NCBI GenBank assembly: GCA_963764165.1 | Contig: CAVXRD010000002.1 | Location: forward strand, 768,001 to 832,000 | DNA: 64,000 nucleotides | Direction: 5' to 3' | Origin: an uncultured Verrucomicrobiae bacterium | GTDB taxonomy: Bacteria > Verrucomicrobiota > Verrucomicrobiia > Limisphaerales > Palsa-1400 | In this document: piece by piece, positions 8,162 through 17,253 of the stretch | How the letters are laid out: each line of letters begins with the position of its first letter | Position numbering within the stretch: the stretch's first letter is position 1 | Translations under genes and position numbers: made by a program | Notes under the pieces: model-generated | Told to the model about the DNA's origin: nothing | Database searches by the model: none | Seen by the model: the letters and a program-made list of their open reading frames with translations, nothing else

Positions 8162-8650
8162 TCAGACCAGTTCAAGCATATCGGCTTCCAATTTCACGGC
8201 GGCGGCCTGATTGATGAAATCCAGGCGCAAAATGACCGTGCTCATTCCGAGCCTTTTCTCCACCCAGCCTTCGATTCCCTGCAAGGGACCCGCTTTGATG
8301 CGGACCCTCTTGCCTTCTTCGATGGCCGGCGCCAGGGACACGCCGAGCTTGGCATCAAGGGCCAGCAGAATATCGCCCAATTGCCTGCTGAACGTTTCCT
8401 GGTCGAAGACGGTGAGCAGATTGGCAATATGATCGCTCTGCCGGACCGAGTCCGCCTGGGATCGCTCGCAGCGAATAAACACATAGCCTGGGAACAAGGG
8501 CTTCTCGAAGACCACCGTTTTCCCGCGGTATTTATGGGCGGACTCGAAGCACGGGAGCACTGCGGAAATGGAATTCCGCCTGCAAAACTCAGCAATCTTC
8601 TTTTCGCGGCGCGGCCGGGCGTGCGCAACGAACCAGTTCATTTCTGACAC
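8162..8650 (-). CDS. NusG-paralog transcription antiterminator (UpxY/RfaH-like)
   Basis: NGN domain WFVAHARPRREKK...PLFPGYVF plus KOW motif GKRVRIKAGPLQGIEG. Confidence 0.92.
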   Translation of the reverse strand: MSEMNWFVAHARPRREKKIAEFCRRNSISAVLPCFESAHKYRGKTVVFEKPLFPGYVFIRCERSQADSVRQSDHIANLLTVFDQETFSRQLGDILLALDAKLGVSLAPAIEEGKRVRIKAGPLQGIEGWVEKRLGMSTVILRLDFINQAAAVKLEADMLELV

Positions 8651-8747
8651 GATTCCAAAAAAGTACGAGGGTTGGGTAGAAAGTCAACGAGGCAATACCT
8701 TAATCGCGGGGAGCCGCGTCCAGAATTCGGCGATTTGCGAGGGTCTT

Positions 8748-8777
8748 ATAGGCCGAATAGGTCGCAGAGGACCCATA
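8748..8777. repeat. Short degenerate 9-bp tandem repeat
   Basis: ATAGGCCGA ATAGGTCGC AGAGGACCC ATA, intergenic. Confidence 0.45.
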
Positions 8778-8800
8778 CGATTGATTTTCCACAGGCCCGG

Positions 8801-11800
8801 TCATTTTCCCTGCAAAGCGCGCAGTTCGCGGGTCACGTTGGTAAATTCAACCGCGTCGGTTCTGGCGTAATCAAGGTACAGCTTGTCGTAGCGGATTTGC
8901 GCTTCCTTGTCGTGAGTTGCCTTGGCGACTTTGGCCAATCCGTCGTAGACGAGGGAGGAAGGAGCCGGCAGCTGCTTTTCCAAAACCAAAAAATCCTCGC
9001 GGGAGGCGTCGAAGCGGTGCAGTTCAAATTCGGAAATCGCCCGGTTTAGCCGCGCCGAGGTGTTTTTCGGGTCGCGTTCAAGAAGGCCGCCAAGCGTCGC
9101 GATGGCCGCCTGATAATCCTTCATGGTCATCTCGACCTCGGCCTTGCTGAGCGTCGCATCGCTGATCTCATCGGGTTCGGCGCCGGAGGCGTTCAAGATT
9201 TTCAATTGGTCGGCGGTTGCCTGAACCGCCTTGGCGAACCAGCGCGCCGCTTCCTTCTGAAATTCGCCCTTGCCGGGCGCCGATTTGATTTCCTCCCGCA
9301 GCATGAAATAGCCCATGCGCCGGTAGAACTCGGCCATCACGCCCAGGAACCTGGCATTGCCAGGATCTTTCGCGCGCTCATCTGTCAATAATTTTTCAGC
9401 GGCCGCGAAGTCCCTTTTCGTGGCATAGGCCAGCGCTTCCACGCGAATCAACTCGAGCGGGCTGCCGGTGAACCCGGCGCGCGCGCTGCCCAATAATTTC
9501 AACGCCGCGTCCGGCTGGTTCAAATCAATGTAGGTCTTGGCCAGGTTCAACTCGCCATCCGGATCTTTGGGCGAAAGCTCGAGGCAGCGCTGAAACATGT
9601 GGGCGGCCTGAATGGGAAGGTTGCGATAACCGAAAAACTCCCCGACCCGATTATTCAGGGCGGGCGTGTCTGGCGGGCCCATCAAGTTAAGCGCGTAATC
9701 CCACCGTTGAAATATTCGCGCTGAAAATTCCGTGACGCTGAGCGGCGGCTCAGAGTCTGGAATGCCACGCATTTGCAAGTTAAATTGCAGATTGGCCTTT
9801 GCCATGATGTTATCGGGGTTCAACCGCAGCGCTTCCTGGAATTGATCGGCGGCGTCCTTCAATAAAGAGCTTTTGTCCCCGTCCGAAATGCGAAGGCCCG
9901 CGGCCTCCTTTTGCAGTTCGGTTCCCCAGTAATCGAGGCATTGGGAGTAATAAGTTGCGATCAACCGAGCGTTGGCGTTTTTCTTCGCCACTTCCGGCAG
10001 CGGCCGGAGTGCATCCTTTTCCAAGGCGTGCCAAAAAGCCTGGTTTGTCCCAATATCCGCCCGAGACAGCAGCAGCGTGGCCAGGGCATTGGTGGGATCC
10101 GGCAACACAATCCCACCCATCCGATGCGGTGCCATGAAGACGCGTTCGAAACGATTGCCAAAACCGGGGTGCAAGTAATACACGGGCTCGCGGCCGGCGA
10201 GGTGCGCTAAAAAGTTGCCTACCGCCACGTCGCTGATCTCATCGCGCAAGTTTTCAGTGTCGCCAATCTCCTTCTTAAATGACGGATAATGCTCGGCCAG
10301 ATAGCGGACGTACTGGATGTAATTCAATTCGGGGCTCTCGACAAAGACGTAGTGCGACGGCAATCCGAGGCGTCGGCAGGCGTCCATCGCGAGGTAAAGC
10401 CGGGTGGAATCATCCGCCATGACAATCCCAGGTTTCGCCGGCAGCGTGCGGGCCAGTTCGTCCGCGAATTCCGAGACGATCGGTTTGTCAAATTCCCGGA
10501 TGTGCGCAAAATTGATGCACGCCAGCGCGACTGGCGCCGCGATCGCTCCAATCCACAGCGCCACTGCGGTCGTTAAGTTGCCATTCCGCAGCACTCCGCG
10601 CGGCTGGCCCCAATGATATGAAAGATCCTTGGCGAAAAAGAAAAAAACGTGGCCGAAAAAGTAGCCGACGCACAGCGCCGCCATATAATAGAAGCTCAGA
10701 TATGTTGGAGGGCCCAGCAACCCCGCGGAAAAACGCGCCCTGGGGCTTGGGCTGATTTCGATATCAAAAAACATCAACACGCTGATGACCAGAAACGCGA
10801 TGTGAAGGAGCCGAAACAGGAGGCGGGTGTAAACATCCGTAACGTTTCGAAATTCGATATTGAATGACGGCCAGCCAGTGAAGGCGAAGACCAGCGCAAT
10901 GACGCTCGGCAGCCCGGAAACGGCAAAATAGTAATGCGGAGTCCGATGGAGAAGATAGTGCTGCTGCCCCAGCCATTGGTGCATCAAATCCCAGAACTTT
11001 CCCTCATCGCGCATCGCGCCAAGCGCGGGATTCAGGATGTAGAGGCCAAGCCCCATCACCAGGCAAACGATCATGACGAGGAGGCATCGCCAATTCACGC
11101 TCCATGCGGTCCGAATCCACCCAAAAACCGCCCCCACCTTGGTCTTGAATGCCGCCAAGGTGGTGAACCAAATCGGCGTGTAGCCGCCGGTCGGCAGGGC
11201 CTCGAAATAGATCGGGCTCAACATGAACCAAGCCAGCCAGATAAGAAAAAAGGGCGCGTATCCGATCAGGCTCCAGTCATTGGCCAAGCCGACGCCGTAA
11301 ACGAATGAAAACGCAAACAGCCAATGGTTCTTTTTCGAAACGCGGAATTCCAGCAGGCATTCTATAAGAAAAGCAAAAATTAGAAGATCAACCATTTCGC
11401 CCGTGCCGGAAACCGCATTCTCCCAAAACGTGAGCTGCGCTCCAAGCAACACGACCGCCAGCCCGGCAGCCAGGAAAGATCCGCGCACCGCCACTTGAGT
11501 CCACTTCGCACTTTCCATCAACCGCAACTCTTTCGTCCGGTCCCGAAAAAGCAGCGTTTTGTTGTGGGAGATTACCGAGCCGAAATATGCGAACAACTGC
11601 CCGAACACCTTCTCCCGCTGCTCCGGCGTGCGGTCATGGGAAAGGAGGCGCACCGAACGGGCCAGAATCGCCAGGGTCAGCGACGCGCAAAGGGCCATGA
11701 ACAAGTTCAGCCCGATCACCTGCGCCCCGGCCGGCAGCCACCGGAACGGATACGTCAAGATGAAGCAAAGCGGCTGAAAATTGGGCGCCGCCCGCCAGAG

Positions 11801-11983
11801 CAAAGGGGCAGGATGCCAATTCCAACCGGTCACCTGCGCAATAAACGGGACGCTGCCAAAGGTCAAACCATGGTTCAGGGTCAGTGCGTAAAAGACAATC
11901 GCCACCAAAAAAACCAAGCCGGGTGCGAGGATGATTGGAGGCCTAACTACAGGCTCGTTGTTCTGCGACTCTTCTGCCGTCAT
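8801..11983 (-). CDS. DUF2723/TMEM260-like polytopic membrane protein with C-terminal TPRs (putative GT-C protein glycosyltransferase)
   Basis: Multiple TM helices starting FYALTL, LNLFMALCASLT, TFWENA; TPRs (ALRLNPDN, CLELSPKDP, LLERDPKN); GGGAG RBS. Confidence 0.72.
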   Translation of the reverse strand: MTAEESQNNEPVVRPPIILAPGLVFLVAIVFYALTLNHGLTFGSVPFIAQVTGWNWHPAPLLWRAAPNFQPLCFILTYPFRWLPAGAQVIGLNLFMALCASLTLAILARSVRLLSHDRTPEQREKVFGQLFAYFGSVISHNKTLLFRDRTKELRLMESAKWTQVAVRGSFLAAGLAVVLLGAQLTFWENAVSGTGEMVDLLIFAFLIECLLEFRVSKKNHWLFAFSFVYGVGLANDWSLIGYAPFFLIWLAWFMLSPIYFEALPTGGYTPIWFTTLAAFKTKVGAVFGWIRTAWSVNWRCLLVMIVCLVMGLGLYILNPALGAMRDEGKFWDLMHQWLGQQHYLLHRTPHYYFAVSGLPSVIALVFAFTGWPSFNIEFRNVTDVYTRLLFRLLHIAFLVISVLMFFDIEISPSPRARFSAGLLGPPTYLSFYYMAALCVGYFFGHVFFFFAKDLSYHWGQPRGVLRNGNLTTAVALWIGAIAAPVALACINFAHIREFDKPIVSEFADELARTLPAKPGIVMADDSTRLYLAMDACRRLGLPSHYVFVESPELNYIQYVRYLAEHYPSFKKEIGDTENLRDEISDVAVGNFLAHLAGREPVYYLHPGFGNRFERVFMAPHRMGGIVLPDPTNALATLLLSRADIGTNQAFWHALEKDALRPLPEVAKKNANARLIATYYSQCLDYWGTELQKEAAGLRISDGDKSSLLKDAADQFQEALRLNPDNIMAKANLQFNLQMRGIPDSEPPLSVTEFSARIFQRWDYALNLMGPPDTPALNNRVGEFFGYRNLPIQAAHMFQRCLELSPKDPDGELNLAKTYIDLNQPDAALKLLGSARAGFTGSPLELIRVEALAYATKRDFAAAEKLLTDERAKDPGNARFLGVMAEFYRRMGYFMLREEIKSAPGKGEFQKEAARWFAKAVQATADQLKILNASGAEPDEISDATLSKAEVEMTMKDYQAAIATLGGLLERDPKNTSARLNRAISEFELHRFDASREDFLVLEKQLPAPSSLVYDGLAKVAKATHDKEAQIRYDKLYLDYARTDAVEFTNVTRELRALQGK

Positions 11984-12060
11984 GGCTCCCGCCAGTTTGC
12001 AATGGCTGTCGCGCTCTTACAAGAATTCATCGTGATTTTATAGGCAGACAACGCACATTT

Positions 12061-12101
12061 AAACGAAAACGCCCGGCTCAAACTTGCGTTCGAACCGGGC
12101 G
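12061..12101 (-). terminator. Intrinsic terminator of the 1574-aa gene
   Basis: Minus strand CGCCCGGTTCGAAC-GCAA-GTTTGAGCCGGGCG followed by TTTTCGTTT. Confidence 0.85.
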
Positions 12102-12120
12102 GGTGTCAATAAAGTGCCAA

Positions 12121-15100
12121 TTACTTGCAGGTGAACGAACTGCTGCTCGAGAAGGATCCGCAATAGTTGTTGCCGCCATAGCCGCAACCGCCGCCTTGGC
12201 AGCCCGACTTGCAGTTTTCCGGCGTGCCGGCGCAGTCGTTGTTATTATATCCGCAGTAATTCTGCTGGCAGGCCTTCACGGAAACTGAGCCGCAATTGCT
12301 CAAGTTCTGATTGTAGCAGGCCGCGCCCCATTGCCAGGCGCAATTCACGTTGGTCGTGCTGCAGCTAAACGTGCCCGTCCAGCAGACCGATTTGCAGTTC
12401 GCGAAATCGGAATTCCAAGGAATTCCAGTGCCGCAAAGGAAAGCCTGGCTGTCGCCAGCCGAGGGAATCGTCGTGCTCCATCCGCTCCCGGTATAATAAG
12501 CGCTGCCGGACGAGCAGTTGGTGTATTCCACCTGGCAGTTCGGAACGGGATAGTTATAGACTTTGCCACTGGCTCCCGTGATCGTGATGGTCGCGTTCTG
12601 GCAGTAAACCGTGCATGACTTGCCTGGGTTCGCGGAAAGATGCGCATTGCACCAGAGGTAACCGCCATACGGGTTGCAGGAGTTGAAGTTGCCGCAGATG
12701 GTGTTCGTCGTTCCCTTGGTGGTGACGGCGGTGACGACTGAAGCCGTGTTGGTGGCTGACGCCCCGCTGGCCACAGAGCCAATCGCGGAAGCCACATTCG
12801 TCAATTGGCAGACATTCGAGCCCACCGTGTAATTATACGCAAATGTATAGCCTTGTCCCGACGCCACATTGGTCTTCGTGAAGATCGTGCCGCCGAGGAG
12901 CGCATCGACCACAGTCAAATTCTCCGCGCTCTGACCCACGTTGGTCACGGCAAACGTGTAGGTGATGACCGAGCCGATCGGCGCGCAGGTGGGACCCGAG
13001 AGGGTCAGACTCACAGCAGGCGGAGGTTGCACTACCACTGTCACCGTGCTCGATGCGGATAAGCCAGCCGTGTTGGTGATGGAGTATTGGAAGATCACCG
13101 TTCCAGAAAACCCACCCGTGGCCGTGAAGACAAGGTTTGTGCCCGATCGGACCACCGAGCCAGTGCCGCCAGAGGGCTGGCTGAACGTCGCAATGCCAAT
13201 CTTGAGCGCCGGGCTATTGCCATCCGAATCGTGGGATAGCACATTAATGGTGACTGGAGGAGCGCCTTCCTGCGTCGTTACAGTTACCGGGTTGGCCACC
13301 GGAGGCAGAGGTGTCACAGTGACAGTCACAGTGGAGCTCGCACTCAACCCCGCCGAGTTGGTGATCGAATAGGCGAACACAGATGTTCCAACAAAGCCCG
13401 ATTTGGGAGTGAACACGAGGTTGCCGCCGGATTGCGTTACGGTTCCATTGGTTGGCTGGGCGAAGCTTGAGATGGCAATCGGCAGCGCGGGGCGATTCGG
13501 GTCGTAGTCGTTGCCCAGCACACTGATCGTGACCGCGGAATTTTCAGCAGTCGAGGCCGAATTAGGAGTCGCGACAGGGGCCACTGGGCAGGCGCTGAAC
13601 GAGCAATAGCCCGATCCAGTCCAGTTGCCGCAGTAATTGTTGCCACCGTATCCGCAGCCGCCAGCCTGGCAGTTGGGTTTGCAATTCTCAGGCGTGCCAG
13701 CGCAGTCGGCGGAGGAATAATAGCCTTGATAGTTGCCCCAGCCTCCCCAATTGCCGTAGTTGCCCCAGCCGTTGCCGTAGCTGCCGCCGTATCCGCAAGC
13801 GGTCTGGTAGCAGGCCTTGACGCCAAAGCCGTTGTAATTAGTGAGGTTAGTGTTGTAGCAGGAACTGCCCCACTGCCAACTGCAGCTAACCCCGGGGGTA
13901 TCGGAGCAGAACGTGCCCGTCCACGAGACGGATTGGCAATTGGCAAAGGCCGATTGCCACGGAATGGCGCAGCCAGAGAGGAAAATCTGGCTGTCACCGT
14001 AGGACGGCGCGAACGTGTTCCAGTTCGTTCCGTCATACAGGCAGTTGCCGGTTGTGTTGGTTTGGTTAAAGATAATTTTGCCGTTCGGCACCGGATAGGT
14101 GTAGCTCTTGCCGTTCGAGCAGTTCAGTGTGATCGACGCATTCTGGTAGTAAATAGCGCAATTCTGCCCCGGTGTCGCCGCGATATGGGCGTTGAACCAC
14201 ACGCAACCGTTGTTGGGATTGCAGGAATTGAAGCTGCCATAAATCTGGCTGGTCACGCCCGCAGTCGTAATGGCCGTAATCGCCGTTTGAGTATTGGTGG
14301 CGGACAACCCGTTCGCCTGAACCACAATCGCCGAGGCGGTGTTCGTCACGAATCCCGAGCTAAGCGACGTTGCGTAGGTGTTGGTGAACACGAATCCAAC
14401 GCCAGCCGCCACATTCGTCTTCGAGAAGATTGTTCCGCCGAGCAACGGATCAACGACGGTCAGGTTGACGCTGACGGAATCGGTATTCGTGACGGCATAC
14501 ACGTAAGAGATGGTGCCATCGCAAACCACCGTTGGGGGCGCTGTCAAATTCAAGACCACGGTCGGAAGCGACGTCACCAGCACCGTCACAGTTGTTGTTG
14601 AGGCCAGGCCAAGTGTGTTCGTAATCGTGTAATTAAAGGTCGCGGCGCCCGCGAAGCTCGAGTTGGGTGAGAAGACGAGGTTCGTGCCGGAAAGCGTTAC
14701 CGTTCCTTCGGACGCCACAGCCGGCTGGGTATAGCTCGAGATTGCAATCGGAAGTGCAGGCGAATTCTGGTCGTAATCGTTGGCCAGCACCGAGATCGAA
14801 ACCGGCACGCCGCCTTGAGTTGAAGCGCTGTCGGCAACCGCGACCGGTGGCAGCGGCGGCGGCGTCACCACCACCGTCACGATGCTGGTGGAGGACAATC
14901 CAGCCGAATTCGTGATCGTGTATTGGAAGGACACTGTTCCGGTAAAACCCGTTGCAGGCTTGAAGAGCAGGTTCGTGCCAGAATAAGAAACCACGCCTTG
15001 GCCGGTCGGTTGATTAAAGCCCGAGATCAAAATGGGAAGCATCGGTGAATTCTGATCCGTATCATTCGCCAGCGAATTGATGACAACCGGCGTGTTTTCC

Positions 15101-16845
15101 GTCGTCGTCGCCGCATCAGGATTAGCGAGGGGCGGCCCAATCACAGCCACGGTCACTGTAGCCGAGGCAGTGAGGCCGGACGCATTTGCAACCGAGTAGG
15201 TAAAGGTGGTAACGCCAAAGTAGCCGCCGTAGGGGGTGAACACGATGATGTTTCCGACCATCGAGACCGTGCCGCCTGCCGGCTGGGAGGCAGTCGTCAG
15301 CGATACCGTCTGCGCTGGCTTGTTCGGATCGCTCACATTCGTCATTACATTGATGCTCACGGGAACCCCTTCAAAAGTGGTGGCAGTCACTGGACCCGCG
15401 ACCGGCGGCTGCGATACCGGCGTTACGACAACGGTTACGGTGCTCGTCGCCGTCAACCCTGCCGAGTTGGCGATTGTATAGGGGAACGTGGCGATCCCAG
15501 TGAATCCCAAGTTCGGTGTAAAGACTAAAACCGGAACCGGATTGCCAAGCCCCCCGAGAAGCTCACTCGTAGACACGATGATGCCATTGGGTGTCGTGCC
15601 ATTGCCGGTGGATGCAATCGGAAGCGCAGGCGAATTCTGGTCGTAATCGCCGGAAAGAACATTGATGGTGACAGGGGTGTTTACAGGAGTGGACACGACG
15701 ACCGGATTGGCCGCCGGCGGAAGAATGCCTGAACCACCGCCCGCTGCAGTCGAATTCACGTATGCGGCCGCGCCTGGCTTCAGCTTTGCAATCAATGCAA
15801 CCAGCGTAAGATCATCGTCTTCGAAACCCGTGGTAATGGTGAGATTGTTGAGTCCAGGCGTAAGAAACGGGACAATGTTGTAGTTATTTATATCCCACAA
15901 GCTGCCGGTGAAGAAAGAATAGCGGAAACCGCTGCTTTCGTCATACGGGGACGCTCCCCAAAAAATTTGGCCGATGAGCTGTCCCGTGCTAAGGCTGACC
16001 ACTGGGTTGGACGGCGCGAGAACCTGGCCGTTCAGATAAACGGCTGTTTCCAAATACTGGAGCTGGCCGTCGCCGACGTGGAATTCCAAGTCAATGCCGT
16101 CGCCGGTGGAATAGCTGACACCGGGGATCGTCACAGACCAGCCGAGCGGGTCGTAGGCATTCGCGCTATTTTCATCGCAACCGTTCTCGATCACAATGTC
16201 ATTCTTGTTGGTATTAGCCGGATCGTTGTAAATGACAACCAAAGACGCGCCCTCCAGGCCTGCGCCGGTCCCAAACCCACCATCACCCGACCCAAATGGA
16301 TCCGCGTAAGAAATAACATAATCGCCCCCGCCATTGACGAGGTCGGTCACGTCGGCGCGGTATGCCTGGCTGAAAATGAAGTTAAATGGCGCGGAGCCCC
16401 AGCTGTCGACGCCCGAAATACCGATGCAGTCGCCCGTAACTTGGTAATTAGTGATGGTCGCGCCCAGCGGCAGGGCGGAAATGTAGTGGAAGGACGAATC
16501 GGGGTCATTGACGAATGTGTAGCTATATAGGTTGGTGTCGCCCGTTTCGCTCGACATCCAGATGGTGCCGTTGGTGTTGCCGCCAGTTTCTTCATAACCG
16601 AGATCAACGCCGCCGCCAAAGCCGAACCAATACAGATAGGCATGCTGCACCGAACCCGCCGGGACATTGGTCAAGTGTAGCGTGCCGTAGCCCACTTCAC
16701 GCAATCCGCCTACCCCGCACGAAGAGTAGTTGACGTTGGTGAAAGTTTGGAAATAAGTCAGAACCGTTGCATCGGCACGGAAGCTGCTAAATAATGCAGT
16801 CGTCAGGAGCAGGAGGCTCGACAGAAGAACTCTGATATTACGCAT
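12121..16845 (-). CDS. Large secreted surface protein: N-terminal beta domain, six Ig-like (Big_9/cadherin-like) repeats, two DUF11-like domains, two Cys-rich domains
   Basis: Signal peptide; repeats PPvA.pd..sT..n.pV.InVL.ND.D; ITYTFAVTN...TVVD.LLGG twice; duplicated Cys-rich domain. Confidence 0.85.
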   Translation of the reverse strand: MRNIRVLLSSLLLLTTALFSSFRADATVLTYFQTFTNVNYSSCGVGGLREVGYGTLHLTNVPAGSVQHAYLYWFGFGGGVDLGYEETGGNTNGTIWMSSETGDTNLYSYTFVNDPDSSFHYISALPLGATITNYQVTGDCIGISGVDSWGSAPFNFIFSQAYRADVTDLVNGGGDYVISYADPFGSGDGGFGTGAGLEGASLVVIYNDPANTNKNDIVIENGCDENSANAYDPLGWSVTIPGVSYSTGDGIDLEFHVGDGQLQYLETAVYLNGQVLAPSNPVVSLSTGQLIGQIFWGASPYDESSGFRYSFFTGSLWDINNYNIVPFLTPGLNNLTITTGFEDDDLTLVALIAKLKPGAAAYVNSTAAGGGSGILPPAANPVVVSTPVNTPVTINVLSGDYDQNSPALPIASTGNGTTPNGIIVSTSELLGGLGNPVPVLVFTPNLGFTGIATFPYTIANSAGLTATSTVTVVVTPVSQPPVAGPVTATTFEGVPVSINVMTNVSDPNKPAQTVSLTTASQPAGGTVSMVGNIIVFTPYGGYFGVTTFTYSVANASGLTASATVTVAVIGPPLANPDAATTTENTPVVINSLANDTDQNSPMLPILISGFNQPTGQGVVSYSGTNLLFKPATGFTGTVSFQYTITNSAGLSSTSIVTVVVTPPPLPPVAVADSASTQGGVPVSISVLANDYDQNSPALPIAISSYTQPAVASEGTVTLSGTNLVFSPNSSFAGAATFNYTITNTLGLASTTTVTVLVTSLPTVVLNLTAPPTVVCDGTISYVYAVTNTDSVSVNLTVVDPLLGGTIFSKTNVAAGVGFVFTNTYATSLSSGFVTNTASAIVVQANGLSATNTQTAITAITTAGVTSQIYGSFNSCNPNNGCVWFNAHIAATPGQNCAIYYQNASITLNCSNGKSYTYPVPNGKIIFNQTNTTGNCLYDGTNWNTFAPSYGDSQIFLSGCAIPWQSAFANCQSVSWTGTFCSDTPGVSCSWQWGSSCYNTNLTNYNGFGVKACYQTACGYGGSYGNGWGNYGNWGGWGNYQGYYSSADCAGTPENCKPNCQAGGCGYGGNNYCGNWTGSGYCSFSACPVAPVATPNSASTAENSAVTISVLGNDYDPNRPALPIAISSFAQPTNGTVTQSGGNLVFTPKSGFVGTSVFAYSITNSAGLSASSTVTVTVTPLPPVANPVTVTTQEGAPPVTINVLSHDSDGNSPALKIGIATFSQPSGGTGSVVRSGTNLVFTATGGFSGTVIFQYSITNTAGLSASSTVTVVVQPPPAVSLTLSGPTCAPIGSVITYTFAVTNVGQSAENLTVVDALLGGTIFTKTNVASGQGYTFAYNYTVGSNVCQLTNVASAIGSVASGASATNTASVVTAVTTKGTTNTICGNFNSCNPYGGYLWCNAHLSANPGKSCTVYCQNATITITGASGKVYNYPVPNCQVEYTNCSSGSAYYTGSGWSTTIPSAGDSQAFLCGTGIPWNSDFANCKSVCWTGTFSCSTTNVNCAWQWGAACYNQNLSNCGSVSVKACQQNYCGYNNNDCAGTPENCKSGCQGGGCGYGGNNYCGSFSSSSSFTCK

Positions 16846-17039
16846 AAACTTTAGAGACTAGCTGACACTTCAATTTCCAAGGGACAAAATCCCTCGGAAA
16901 TCACCATTCACACCGCTAAAAAAGCTCGCAATTGGACCACTGGTGACAATTGCAAACCCGACACTGTAGCCAAATCCCGATCTCCGTCAACACCAAACCG
17001 TTATAATCGGGTTCACAGTGATCAGAACGAGCCGATTTT

Positions 17040-17055
17040 AGCACCTTCCATGCCA
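17040..17055 (-). promoter_or_regulatory. Putative sigma54 -24/-12 promoter for the 1574-aa gene
   Basis: Minus strand TGGCATGGAAGGTGCT (GG-N10-GC). TGT-N11-ACA inverted repeat upstream at 17097-17113. Confidence 0.5.
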
Positions 17056-17081
17056 CGGGAGAAGTGTCTCACATTCGAGAG

Positions 17082-17113
17082 TGGCATTACACTAGCTGTC
17101 TGGGATTGAGACA
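17082..17113 (+). promoter_or_regulatory. Putative sigma54 promoter (17082-17097) and adjacent enhancer-binding-protein-type palindrome
   Basis: TGGCATTACACTAGCT (GG-N10-GC) and TGTCTGGGATTGAGACA. Confidence 0.4.
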
Positions 17114-17253
17114 ATTCTATTTAGAATTGCTTGACCCGAAACTGAAAGGGCGGGTATGATTTGCGTTCATATTGGATTTTATTTCCAGATAACGATAGTG
17201 GCCAACGAGAAGGTACGAGCGAAAACCGCTCGGCCTTAGCCACTTCCCCGTCC

